From assembly GCA_048941015.1 (NCBI GenBank), contig JBHLNZ010000024.1:1-44968 (forward strand): a DNA stretch of 44,968 nucleotides. Direction: 5' to 3'. The stretch is from Promethearchaeota archaeon. GTDB lineage: Archaea > Asgardarchaeota > Lokiarchaeia > Sigyniarchaeales > SOKP01. The notes below the pieces were generated by a model that had not been told where the DNA came from, searched no databases, and was given only the letters and a program-made list of their open reading frames with translations. This document shows, in pieces, positions 26,924 to 37,161 of this stretch (its first letter is position 1; each line of letters opens with the position of its first letter). The translations under genes and the position numbers were made by a program.

Positions 26924-28681
26924 ATGAAATTTAAAAATTTAGCTATTTTGTTTTCCAAGTTAGAAAGCACATCAAAGAGACTTGAAATGATAGATATTTT
27001 ATCTGACTTTTTTAGAGAAATAAAGGAAAGTAGAAATTTTGATGATATAGATAAAATAATCTATTTATTGCAGGGTCAATTGGTTTCAAACATTAAACAA
27101 TTTCCTAAAATGGGAATTGCTGAAAAGATGATCATCGAGGCATTATCTTTGCATTCTGGTATCCATCCTAAGAAAATTAAAGAGGTTTTATTGAAGAAGG
27201 GGGATATTGGTATTACCGCCGAATTAATTTTATCTAAAAAGAAAAAACAAAAATCATTATTAGATTTTGAAGATTCTGATGAGCTAAAGAAAACATCACT
27301 AGAAATTTCTGAGCTATATTCAGATTTAAAGAAAATTGCTTTAACAGAAGGGTCTGGATCTCATGATATAAAGTTGGGAATCCTAAGAGGATTAATGGGT
27401 AAAATTTCTCCATTAGAAACAAAGTATTTATTAAGAATTATTACATCAACATTAAGAGTCGGCATCCAGTCTCCTACAATTATAGAAGGTTTAGCACTCG
27501 CTTTTACAGGGATCAAAGATAATAAAGAGATTATAGAAAGAGCTTATACATTATATCCTGATCTAGGAGATATCGCAAAATTATTAGCAGAAAAGGGCTT
27601 TGACGAGATAAAGAATATTGATATTAAATATGGTATTCCATTATTAAGTATGTTAGCATCAAGAGAAAACTATATAGAATTTTTTAATAGATTAGGAGAT
27701 CCGTTTGTTGCTGAATATAAATTGGATGGTGAACGATTACAGATTCATAAAAAAGGGGATGAAGTAAGATTATTTTCAAGACGTTTATTAGATATCTCAG
27801 ATCAATATCCTGACGTTTGTCAAAAAGTCAGGGAGAAAATAAAAGCAAATATCGTTATATTCGAAGGAGAAGTTGTTGCAATGGACCATGTTTATGAAAA
27901 GATGCTTCCATTTCAAGTATTAAGTAAAAGGAGGAGAAAATATGATGTGGAAGATATTTCAAAAGAAGTACCTGTATGTCTTTTCATATTCGATCTTTTG
28001 AAATTAGAAGATCAGTCTTATATTGATAAACCATTACCCATACGTCGAGAAGTGCTTGAAGGAATTGTTGATGAATGTGATGAGTTGCGTTTGGTTAAAC
28101 AGGTCTTAATACATTCAGTTGAAGAACTCTTGGATTTCTTCAATGAAGCAAGAGAAAATGGAACTGAAGGAATCATGGCAAAATCAATTCAAGATGATTC
28201 AATTTATCAAGCTGGAAATCGAGGATATAAATGGCTTAAGTTAAAAGGGTTGGAAGGAGGAAAATTAAAGGATTCAATAGATGTTGTTTTAGTAGGAGCA
28301 TTTTATGGCAGAGGGCGAAGGAAAGGTGTTTATGGAACATATATAGGTGCTGTCTATGATCCTGAAAAAGACAAATTTGAGGCATTTACTAGAATAGCTT
28401 CTGGTTGGACTGATGAAATAATGGAAAGTTTAAAAGAAGAAATGAAGAAGTTTGAGATAGAAAGAAAAGACCCAAATGTGATTTGTGATGATACTCCAGA
28501 CCAATGGCTTCAACCAATGCTAGTAATCGAGATTATTGGTGATGAAATTACAATAAGTGATAAATTTTCTTCATTAGGATATTCACTAAGATTTCCAGTT
28601 TTTCAAAGAATACGATCAGATAAAGGCCCAAAAGACATAACTACTGTTGAGGAAATAAAACAATTATATGAAACCCAGTAA
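26924..28681 (+). CDS. lig: ATP-dependent DNA ligase
   Basis: EYKLDGERLQIH, EGIMAK, WLKLK, YSLRFP. Confidence 0.96.
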   Translation: MKFKNLAILFSKLESTSKRLEMIDILSDFFREIKESRNFDDIDKIIYLLQGQLVSNIKQFPKMGIAEKMIIEALSLHSGIHPKKIKEVLLKKGDIGITAELILSKKKKQKSLLDFEDSDELKKTSLEISELYSDLKKIALTEGSGSHDIKLGILRGLMGKISPLETKYLLRIITSTLRVGIQSPTIIEGLALAFTGIKDNKEIIERAYTLYPDLGDIAKLLAEKGFDEIKNIDIKYGIPLLSMLASRENYIEFFNRLGDPFVAEYKLDGERLQIHKKGDEVRLFSRRLLDISDQYPDVCQKVREKIKANIVIFEGEVVAMDHVYEKMLPFQVLSKRRRKYDVEDISKEVPVCLFIFDLLKLEDQSYIDKPLPIRREVLEGIVDECDELRLVKQVLIHSVEELLDFFNEARENGTEGIMAKSIQDDSIYQAGNRGYKWLKLKGLEGGKLKDSIDVVLVGAFYGRGRRKGVYGTYIGAVYDPEKDKFEAFTRIASGWTDEIMESLKEEMKKFEIERKDPNVICDDTPDQWLQPMLVIEIIGDEITISDKFSSLGYSLRFPVFQRIRSDKGPKDITTVEEIKQLYETQ

Positions 28682-28682
28682 T

Positions 28683-30056
28683 TTAAATATAAATCTTTAA
28701 ACCATCTTTTTCTAATAACTTCAAGTCTCTTGGTATTGATTTTATACTATTTTCAGCCAAGTATATTTCTTTTAATGAAGTTAATGAATTTAAACTATTA
28801 GGAAGTTCAGAAATATTGTTTCTTGAAAGATTGAGAATTTCGAGATTTTTCAAATTTCCAATTGTTTGTGGAATCTCAATTAATTTATTATCATTAAGGT
28901 TAAGTTTTATTAATGAATTTAAATTTCCCAATGAATTTGGTATAGAAGCAAGCTTATTTCTTTCTAAGTCTAATGTTTTTAATGAAGAAAGAGAACCTAT
29001 AGATTCAGGAATATATTCTATTTCATTCCAGCTTAGGTTGAGTATTTCTAAAGATCTAAGCGATCCTATAGATTCAGGAATCGAATTCAATCTGTTATCA
29101 TGAACATTTAATTCTTTAAGACTTAATAGATTTCCAAAACTTGAGGGTAACGAACTTATTTGATTTAATCTCAGATTTAGTTTTTCTAAAGATCTTAATG
29201 ATCCAATTGAATCAGGAAGTAAATTAAGTTCGTTTTTCCATAATAAGAATTCTTTGAGAGATATTAGATTACCAATGGTCTCTGGAAGTTCTATGATATT
29301 ATTAATATTAAGGTTTAATGATTCTAATTTAATTAAAGATCCAATCCAATCAGGTATTATAGTGAGTTGGTTATATCTTAAAACCAATTTCTTAAGCATT
29401 TTAAGATATTTGATAGGCTCTGGAAGTTTACTTAAACCTTTGAAAAGGAAATCTAACTCAACTATTCTACAATTTTCAATTGAAACCTTCAAACGCCATA
29501 TTGTTTTTTGTAGATAAATGAAACAAAAATAATTAATTAAGATTTCTGCCAATTCTTTCGTTATAATCTGAGAACCTTTTTTATAGGATTTTTCAAATCC
29601 AATCCTGAATTCTTTTTCATTTATTTGCTTTACCTTAGCAAGAAATAAATTTTTTGATATATTATCATTTTTTTTTAATAATTCTTCTATAATATTGATA
29701 AGTGATTCGAAGATAATTATTAAACATTCGGGAGAAGAATCATGGTGAAGTGCCCAAATCATTGGTTCAAATGCTTTTTCAAGAAAATTAGTTTTTAAGA
29801 ACTGAGCGGATAAATTTCGAATTTTATCATTAGAATCAGAAATCAATAAGTTTTCAAATAAATGAAACAATTTTTCATCTTTATTAATTGAATTATCATT
29901 ATTTTTACCAATCTTACTTAAATATTCAATACTTTTAACTCGTATTCCAATATCGTTGCTACTTTCGATTAATGTTGATAACTGTTCAATAGCAGATACT
30001 TTATCAATTATTTTCTTGGAATACTTCTCGTATATATCATTCGGTTTTAGTTCCAT
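28683..30056 (-). CDS. HEAT-like N-domain + 23-aa LRR array protein
   Basis: Roughly ten LPxSIGxLxSLxxLxLxxNxL repeats. Confidence 0.88.
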   Translation of the reverse strand: MELKPNDIYEKYSKKIIDKVSAIEQLSTLIESSNDIGIRVKSIEYLSKIGKNNDNSINKDEKLFHLFENLLISDSNDKIRNLSAQFLKTNFLEKAFEPMIWALHHDSSPECLIIIFESLINIIEELLKKNDNISKNLFLAKVKQINEKEFRIGFEKSYKKGSQIITKELAEILINYFCFIYLQKTIWRLKVSIENCRIVELDFLFKGLSKLPEPIKYLKMLKKLVLRYNQLTIIPDWIGSLIKLESLNLNINNIIELPETIGNLISLKEFLLWKNELNLLPDSIGSLRSLEKLNLRLNQISSLPSSFGNLLSLKELNVHDNRLNSIPESIGSLRSLEILNLSWNEIEYIPESIGSLSSLKTLDLERNKLASIPNSLGNLNSLIKLNLNDNKLIEIPQTIGNLKNLEILNLSRNNISELPNSLNSLTSLKEIYLAENSIKSIPRDLKLLEKDGLKIYI

Positions 30057-30084
30057 TTCTAATTTTTAATCTCTCGTCTATTTT

Positions 30085-31584
30085 CTACTTATATATTATA
30101 AGTCCTTTGTTTTCCAATTTTCTTAAAAATTCGGGAATTTCGTTAATATAATTAAAATTTAAATCCAAAATTTTTAAAGAATTTAGCTTTGCCATTGATT
30201 CTGGGAGTGCTTTTAAATTATTCCCCCATAAACTTAAAACTTCAATGGATATGAGTGAATCTATCCATTCAGGTAAACAGATAAAATTATTCCAACTCAA
30301 GTTTAAATTCTTTAAATTGATTAAGAATTTAAATGATTTAGGCAGTGATGTTAAATTATTATTCCATAAAGCTAATATTGTGAGTGATTTTAGATTTCCT
30401 ATTTTTCTTGGAAGTTCCACTAATTGGTTATCATACAATTGTAAAATTTTTAGATTATTAAAAGAACAGATCCAATTTGAAATCCTTTTTAATTTATTAC
30501 CTCCTAATCCTAATTTCTTGATTGATTTAAGCGATTTTAAAGATTTTGGTAATTTAGTTAAATTATTTAATCCTAATTCTAATTCTTCAAGTGAAGAAAG
30601 CCCCTTGAGATTAGATTTTAATTTAATTAATTTATTTCCGTGTAAATCAAAAGTTTGTAAACAAGAGAGTCTTTTTATTGTTTTAGGAAGCTTTTTTAAC
30701 TTATTCGACCTTAAATCTAATTTCTTAAGCTTCTTAAGATTACCGATAGACAATGGTAAACTCTTTAATTTGTTATATCTTAGATTTAAAAATTCAAGAG
30801 ATTTTAACAATCCTATAGATGAAGGGAGATTTTCAATCTTATTATAACTTAAATCTAGATGAATTAATGAATCTAGATTTCCTATAGATTTAGGTATAGA
30901 GATTAATTTATTGAATTTTAAATCTAAAGTTTTGATTGAATTTAGATATTTTAAAAAAAAAGGAAATTTATTTAAAATCTTCCAACCAAATATATGACTG
31001 CTTATATCGGACAGATCTAATTGAATAATTACCCCATTAAATAAGGTATAATTAACTGTACCAAATTTATTTTCTAAATAATCTATAATTAAATGATTTT
31101 GAACAATCTCAGATAATTTTTTCCCTGATATATTTTCTAATTTATCTATTTTAGTAAAATTGTTTATACTTTTTATAAAATAATCATCATCAATCCGTTT
31201 TATTTTTTCAATTAAGATAGATTTAGAGGAAGAGGTGTTGAATTCTCCAATTATTTCTGTTATTATTAAAAGGCATTTTAAAGACTTTTCATGGTAAAGA
31301 AGCCATTTCATTGGTTCTAAGGAGATATTTAAGAAATTATTCTTGATAACCTTTGCTGCATTATACCTAATCTCTTTATTAGAATCAGAAATAAGTAGAT
31401 TTTCTAAAAATTTAAAAGTCCTATTCTCTCTAGGTTTGATTCTATTCAATATTTTAATACTATTAATTCGATTAAAAAGGTTATCACTATTATCTATTAT
31501 TGAAATTAATTGATTTATCACTGATGATTTATCTAACTCATTTCTATGATATTTATGAAAAATATCATCTGGAGATAATTCCAT
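30085..31584 (-). CDS. HEAT-like N-domain + 23-aa LRR array protein
   Basis: Roughly twelve LRRs; N-terminus shared with its paralogs. Confidence 0.88.
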   Translation of the reverse strand: MELSPDDIFHKYHRNELDKSSVINQLISIIDNSDNLFNRINSIKILNRIKPRENRTFKFLENLLISDSNKEIRYNAAKVIKNNFLNISLEPMKWLLYHEKSLKCLLIITEIIGEFNTSSSKSILIEKIKRIDDDYFIKSINNFTKIDKLENISGKKLSEIVQNHLIIDYLENKFGTVNYTLFNGVIIQLDLSDISSHIFGWKILNKFPFFLKYLNSIKTLDLKFNKLISIPKSIGNLDSLIHLDLSYNKIENLPSSIGLLKSLEFLNLRYNKLKSLPLSIGNLKKLKKLDLRSNKLKKLPKTIKRLSCLQTFDLHGNKLIKLKSNLKGLSSLEELELGLNNLTKLPKSLKSLKSIKKLGLGGNKLKRISNWICSFNNLKILQLYDNQLVELPRKIGNLKSLTILALWNNNLTSLPKSFKFLINLKNLNLSWNNFICLPEWIDSLISIEVLSLWGNNLKALPESMAKLNSLKILDLNFNYINEIPEFLRKLENKGLIIYK

Positions 31585-31725
31585 TAAATCTCGAAATTTG
31601 AAATAATTTTTAAATTTTTTACTTTAAACTAAAAGCTACAATAATATAAGAAGAAATTAATTATTGACTTTTACTAAAAGATCTAGGATATTATAAATAA
31701 TTCAATATAAAAATAAAAGCGACCA

Positions 31726-33627
31726 TTAAGTATATTTATCTAAACCTAATTCCTTTAATTTTTTTTGAGACGGTAATCCACTATCTTTAATCCAACCTCT
31801 TTCATCATAATAATCTTCAAGCAATTGATTTGCAATTTTATCTGTTATAAGCGTCGTTCCAAAGAAATCTTTAAGTTTAATTAATTCTTTTCCAAATTTT
31901 AGTGGTTTAAACCAACCACTTGGAAACTTATCATCCCTTCGAGTAAATCCTTCTTTTGCATTCATCATTTTCAATAAATTCCAAGTACGTTCACCAGCTT
32001 TCAGGAGCTCTTCAGGTTTTAATTCAAACCCAGTAACAGCATTATAAAAATCAGTTACTAATTCTATACCCCAAAAGCGATTCATCTGTGCCCGAACACA
32101 CAATCCCAGACTTGTTAAAACTGTATACCAATCCTCAGAATATCGAGTTAATCTACCTACATTAGCCCCCATTTCTTTACGAGGTGGACAATATAGAGCA
32201 GGGAAAGCAGATTCTGGTATTCCCATTCTTTTAAAATGTGTTTTGAATTTTTCTATATTGCTTGCTGCACCTACATATGTTGGTGACCCACCTGATGCGA
32301 CATGTGAACCTTTTGGATTAACAATCTGCTCAAATTCCATCGTTCCTAATCTAAAAAGTCTAGGATCAAAAATTACATCTAAACCTTTAACTGTCAGCAT
32401 ATCATCAGCAAATTTTTCATTAATTTCAGCTAATTCTTTCCAACCATTTGCTAAGATATTTCCAAAACCTCTTCTATGTACGATTATATCAATCAATTTT
32501 GTTATAGTGTCATAGTCGTGATTCCATTTAAAACCAAGTTCCTCTTCATTTAGTATACCTTTTTCATGCATTCTACTTAAATAATCAAAAAGTGAACTAA
32601 TGGTCAGTGAATCTAATCCATATTTACTAATTAAATCAAAAACTTTTACTGCCTGATAGGAACTATCTATGCCATCAACCATTAACATCAGCAAGGGATT
32701 AATTACTGAAGAAGTGTAATTAATCAATCCTTTAAAATCACCTTCTTTAATTTCAAGTATATCTTTATCACCCATAGGACAAGATGGGCAGGCTAAACGA
32801 CGTTTTTTAAGATTTTTTAAATAAAATTTTTCATTAGATTGTTTTGCTTTTACCTTTTCCCCCTTAGCATATAATGTCATATTCACTGGTAAGCCTCTTA
32901 GCATTCCTAACTCAATCCAAGATTTTCGATGAGGATAATCTCTAATTCTTCTAATTTGCTTTTGATATAGTTTCATAAACCGTTTAGGTTTTGCTACTGC
33001 TATACCTTGAGTTCCTTTAACCACTATTGCTTTGAGCAGTTTTGAACCCATAATGGCTCCTAAACCTCCACGACCGAATGTTGAAGTTTTATCTATTAAG
33101 GTTAATGCACCATAAACTAGGTTTTCACCTGCTTGACCTATAGCAATAACACTAGAATTCTCAAATTCTTTCCAAAAAAAATTTGTTGTTTCAATAATAT
33201 CTTTACCCCAAATTTGTTTAGCATCCATGATTTCAACATGATCATCTAAAATTAATAAATAAGAAGGCTTTTCAGATGCTCCCGAAATAATAACATGGTC
33301 ATACCCCGCATGTTTTAAGTTAAAACCAAAACTCATACTTCCACATGAATTTGCTATTGCTCCTGTTGCAGGAAATTTTGATAAACCCACAGTACGTGAA
33401 GCACCTGGTGTAATGGTCCCTATTAAAGGTCCTGCACCTAGAATTATTAAATTATCTGAAGAAAGAGGAAGGATTTCTGGCTTTAGAAGACGAGCGCCTA
33501 ATAGACAATTCATACCTATCCCTCCAATGAATTGTTTTAGATCTTGAACGTCTTCTGTATCTAATGAAATTTTATTTTCAGTTAAATCAACATTTAAAAT
33601 TTTACCAGTGTATCCGAAAAAATCCAT
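31726..33627 (-). CDS. Aldehyde:ferredoxin oxidoreductase family (tungstopterin) protein
   Basis: GYTGKILNVDLT, AGYD, IGQAGENLV, GRGGLGAIMGSKLLKAI, YYDERGW...GLP. Confidence 0.9.
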   Translation of the reverse strand: MDFFGYTGKILNVDLTENKISLDTEDVQDLKQFIGGIGMNCLLGARLLKPEILPLSSDNLIILGAGPLIGTITPGASRTVGLSKFPATGAIANSCGSMSFGFNLKHAGYDHVIISGASEKPSYLLILDDHVEIMDAKQIWGKDIIETTNFFWKEFENSSVIAIGQAGENLVYGALTLIDKTSTFGRGGLGAIMGSKLLKAIVVKGTQGIAVAKPKRFMKLYQKQIRRIRDYPHRKSWIELGMLRGLPVNMTLYAKGEKVKAKQSNEKFYLKNLKKRRLACPSCPMGDKDILEIKEGDFKGLINYTSSVINPLLMLMVDGIDSSYQAVKVFDLISKYGLDSLTISSLFDYLSRMHEKGILNEEELGFKWNHDYDTITKLIDIIVHRRGFGNILANGWKELAEINEKFADDMLTVKGLDVIFDPRLFRLGTMEFEQIVNPKGSHVASGGSPTYVGAASNIEKFKTHFKRMGIPESAFPALYCPPRKEMGANVGRLTRYSEDWYTVLTSLGLCVRAQMNRFWGIELVTDFYNAVTGFELKPEELLKAGERTWNLLKMMNAKEGFTRRDDKFPSGWFKPLKFGKELIKLKDFFGTTLITDKIANQLLEDYYDERGWIKDSGLPSQKKLKELGLDKYT

Positions 33628-33878
33628 TAGTTTTTATCACCTACCTTCTTTAGAGCACCATAGAGACAATCTTGCACACAAAGTCCACATTTTGTACATC
33701 CATCCAAGAAACTAATTTTTGGAACAAGTTTATAGGCATTTTCAATTTTAATGAAAGCCTTTTCTACTGAAAATATTCCATAAGTGTTGAAAGAACAAAT
33801 TAGTTGACAAATTCGGCATCCCGTACATAAATTTTCATTAACTAAAATTTCTAATTTATTTTGTTTATTCATATACAC
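33627..33878 (-). CDS. 2x[4Fe-4S] ferredoxin-like partner of AOR
   Basis: CTGCRICQLIC and CTKCGLCVQDC; its stop overlaps the AOR start. Confidence 0.88.
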   Translation of the reverse strand: MYMNKQNKLEILVNENLCTGCRICQLICSFNTYGIFSVEKAFIKIENAYKLVPKISFLDGCTKCGLCVQDCLYGALKKVGDKN

Positions 33879-33931
33879 TCAAATTATTTGTTTTATTCTT
33901 CAAGATTAGTTACATATCGAGCAATAAGTAT

Positions 33932-35434
33932 TTAAATTTTAATAGCAACGCCTCTATCTTTTAATGATTGCAAAGTTTTAGAAAATTCTTCGACTTTATT
34001 GAAATTTAAGTATAGTATTTTTAAATTTGAAAGAGATTCAATAGAATCAGGGATTTGTTTTAACTTATTACCCCAAAGATTTAATTCTTCTAATGATGAT
34101 AAATTATCAATCCAATTGGGAAGAAAAGAGAGATCATTCCAACTTAAATTCAACTTTTTAAGATTAGAAAGAAATTTGAAACAAATTGGGAATTCGGTTA
34201 TTTGATTATTTCTTAAATTTAAACTTTCAAGATTAGATAAATCACTAAAAGAGGGGGGGAAATTTTTAATGCCATTATCATAGAGATGCAATTCTTTAAG
34301 CAATTGTAATGAACCAATCCAATCTGGAAGTTGAATTAGATTATTGCGCCCAAAATTCAACTTTTCTAAAGAATTAAATTTTTCCAGAGTGTAGGGTATA
34401 TTATCAAACTTGTTCCATCCTAATTCAAGTTCTTTCAAGGAACTTAAATAATTAAAGTTATCAGGAAGTTTACGTAGCCGATTATGATGAAGATCTAAGA
34501 TTTTCAATTTTAAAAGTGAACAAATTGAGCTGGGTAGTTTATCTAAATAATTATCTCTTAAAATTAATTGTTCAAGGTTTGTAAGTGATCCGATAGATTC
34601 AGGAATATATCGAATATTATTGGATTTTAAATTTAATATTTTAAGATTAAATATTGAAGAAATTGATTTAGGTAAACGTGATAAATTATTAAAACTTAAG
34701 TCTAAGAATTCTAAATTTTTAGATTGCTTAATGAATTCTGGCAGATTCTTTATTTGATTATTACTAAGATCTAATTTCTTCAAAAAAGATAAGGATAAAA
34801 TTGATTCTAAAGAATTTGTTAATTTATTTAACCCTAATCCTTGATACTCTACATTTGATAAATCCAGACTTATGATAGTCCCATTTCTACTATTTTCAAA
34901 TTTAACATATCCAAATTTTAATTTTAATGAAGATATGACATAGTAATTGATTAAAATTTCAGCCAGTTCATGGTTTGAAAGCGCTTCTACGGATTTTTCC
35001 TCAACAATCGGTTTGATATTATATTTATATTTCTTTTTATTAATTTCTTGAAACTTTTTTATTAAAACTGCTTTTGCTTTGTTATTATTGATGTCTCCTA
35101 AATTAGCTATTATTGAGATTAAGCAATTCAAAGATCTTTCATGCTGTAATCCCCATTTTAAAACAGGAATGGCATCATTTAAAAAAAGAGTTTTTAATAC
35201 TTGAGAGGATAAACATCTAACTTTTTCATTACTATCAGAAATGAAGAGATTTTCTAATACTTTAAAAACCTTTTTATCTTTTACATTTATCTTTTCTAAT
35301 ATTTCGATACTTTCTGTCCGAGTTTTAATATTTTCAGCATTTTCGATTAAACTAATCAATAGTTCAATAGCAGATGATCTATCTAATTCATTATTTTTGA
35401 GATCCTTATAAATTGCCGTAGGAGTTAGAGGCAT
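33932..35434 (-). CDS. HEAT-like N-domain + 23-aa LRR array protein
   Basis: Roughly twelve LRRs; closest in length and C-terminus to 30085-31584. Confidence 0.88.
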   Translation of the reverse strand: MPLTPTAIYKDLKNNELDRSSAIELLISLIENAENIKTRTESIEILEKINVKDKKVFKVLENLFISDSNEKVRCLSSQVLKTLFLNDAIPVLKWGLQHERSLNCLISIIANLGDINNNKAKAVLIKKFQEINKKKYKYNIKPIVEEKSVEALSNHELAEILINYYVISSLKLKFGYVKFENSRNGTIISLDLSNVEYQGLGLNKLTNSLESILSLSFLKKLDLSNNQIKNLPEFIKQSKNLEFLDLSFNNLSRLPKSISSIFNLKILNLKSNNIRYIPESIGSLTNLEQLILRDNYLDKLPSSICSLLKLKILDLHHNRLRKLPDNFNYLSSLKELELGWNKFDNIPYTLEKFNSLEKLNFGRNNLIQLPDWIGSLQLLKELHLYDNGIKNFPPSFSDLSNLESLNLRNNQITEFPICFKFLSNLKKLNLSWNDLSFLPNWIDNLSSLEELNLWGNKLKQIPDSIESLSNLKILYLNFNKVEEFSKTLQSLKDRGVAIKI

Positions 35435-35484
35435 CTTTTTTGGAAATTTTTATAATAACTAAATCTAAAAATATGTTTAAATAA

Positions 35485-37023
35485 TTAAATCCTTTCTATC
35501 ATCATGCCCCCAAGTATAATGGGACCTCCTGTGGAGTTGTATATCTTTTCTGCTTTATTGAGTTTTGATTTGCTTTCCGAATATATTTTAAAAATTAGAT
35601 CTCCTTCTTTTATCCTTGCGCCTTGCTTTTTAAATATTTTTACGCCCGAACTTTTAGAAAAAGGACATCCTGCTGTCTTAGCGATTTGATTAATTATCGC
35701 ATTATTAACTCCTGTGATAAACCCTTCTTTTGTTGCATAAAATTCCTTAATATATGGTCCAACTTTGATATCTTCAGGCTTGATTTCAGGATCACCTCCT
35801 TGAGCTCCAATAATTCTTTTCATTTTTTCATATGCTTTTCCAGATCGTAAAATATCTTTAGCCAGAGCCTGTCCCATTCCTTTTTGTGCTTTTCCACCCA
35901 TTTCAAGTAATATCCCTGCTAATTCTGTAGATTTTTCAATTAAGGAATTAGGTCCGACTTCATAGTTCATTAGTAATGAAAGTGCTTCTTTTGCTTCAAT
36001 TCCAGGTCCTATTGTGTGACCTATTGGTTGATGGGCTAATGTTAAAGCACATTCTGCTTCTATCCCTACATTATTAGCAATCTCTTTAAAAACATATGCA
36101 AATTGTTTTCCTTTATCGGGAGTAGGAAATTTTGTACCTTCACCAACTGGAATATCTAATATAAGCTTTTTAACACCCAATGATAATTTTTTTGTAAGAA
36201 TAGATGGGATCATAAGACCCATTGGGTCCATATGAAGGGGACGCTCAATTTCTATTAAAATATTATCAGCAGGAGAAGTATTAAGAGCACCACCCCAAAT
36301 AATACAACCATTTTCTTTTGCCACGATTTCCTTCAACTTATCGGAATCAAATGCAACAGGTGCTAATACTTCCATGCTATCAGCTGTTCCCGAAGGAGAA
36401 GTTATAGCCCTTGTAGAGGATTTTGGTATTGTTAAACCAGCTGCAGCTACAATTGGAACTATAATTAAAGAAACCTTATTTCCAGGAACACCTCCAGTAC
36501 TGTGTTTATCGTAAACATCCATTCCGAAATAAAAAATATCTCCACTTCTTACTTCTGCTAGAGTAAGTGCGGTCATTTCTTCAGTATTCATTCCATTTAT
36601 TGAAACGCCCGTAATAAAAGCAGCTAAATCAATTCTGGATAACGAGCCTGAAACTGCATCTTTAATAATGCTATTTATTTCTTCACTATTTAGGGCATTT
36701 CCTTTGATCTTTTTTTGGATAAATTTAAATGAATCGGGAGGATCAGCAGGTTTAACTGATATTACCGTTCCTTCTTTTAATTCTTTTTTTTCTTTCAAAA
36801 TATCTGAAAAAATTCCAATTTCACCAGGTTCTACAATAAAACCTGAATAATCTATTTGTACGATAGCAACCCAAAATTTATCATCAATCAATTTTGATCC
36901 AATATTTTTAATATAAACTCGTTCTCCTGCTTTTTGGTCTATCTCTTGGGCATCTTTTATATTTAAAACAATATCCTTAGTAGTACCGGTTTGAAAGTTA
37001 ATTTTTTTTACTTTAAGTTTCAT
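35485..37023 (-). CDS. deoA: AMP phosphorylase (archaeal thymidine phosphorylase family)
   Basis: DKHSTGGVPGNK, PKSSTRAITSPSGTADSMEVLAPV, N-terminal extension typical of the AMP phosphorylase type. Confidence 0.92.
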   Translation of the reverse strand: MKLKVKKINFQTGTTKDIVLNIKDAQEIDQKAGERVYIKNIGSKLIDDKFWVAIVQIDYSGFIVEPGEIGIFSDILKEKKELKEGTVISVKPADPPDSFKFIQKKIKGNALNSEEINSIIKDAVSGSLSRIDLAAFITGVSINGMNTEEMTALTLAEVRSGDIFYFGMDVYDKHSTGGVPGNKVSLIIVPIVAAAGLTIPKSSTRAITSPSGTADSMEVLAPVAFDSDKLKEIVAKENGCIIWGGALNTSPADNILIEIERPLHMDPMGLMIPSILTKKLSLGVKKLILDIPVGEGTKFPTPDKGKQFAYVFKEIANNVGIEAECALTLAHQPIGHTIGPGIEAKEALSLLMNYEVGPNSLIEKSTELAGILLEMGGKAQKGMGQALAKDILRSGKAYEKMKRIIGAQGGDPEIKPEDIKVGPYIKEFYATKEGFITGVNNAIINQIAKTAGCPFSKSSGVKIFKKQGARIKEGDLIFKIYSESKSKLNKAEKIYNSTGGPIILGGMMIERI

Positions 37024-37161
37024 TTCTTCAATTATATTTTATTTTATATAGAGAAATAAGAGAATAAAGATTTATATTTTTATTGTAAAGAAGTTTTAAT
37101 TTGGTGGATTATTTTATTTTTAAAGGATATTGATAACTAAGATTGAAAAAATAAAGCTAAG

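Noticed and set aside
28816-34205. Plus-strand ORFs with periodic sequence (28816, 29254, 30245, 33999)
   Set aside because: Antisense shadows of the LRR repeats.
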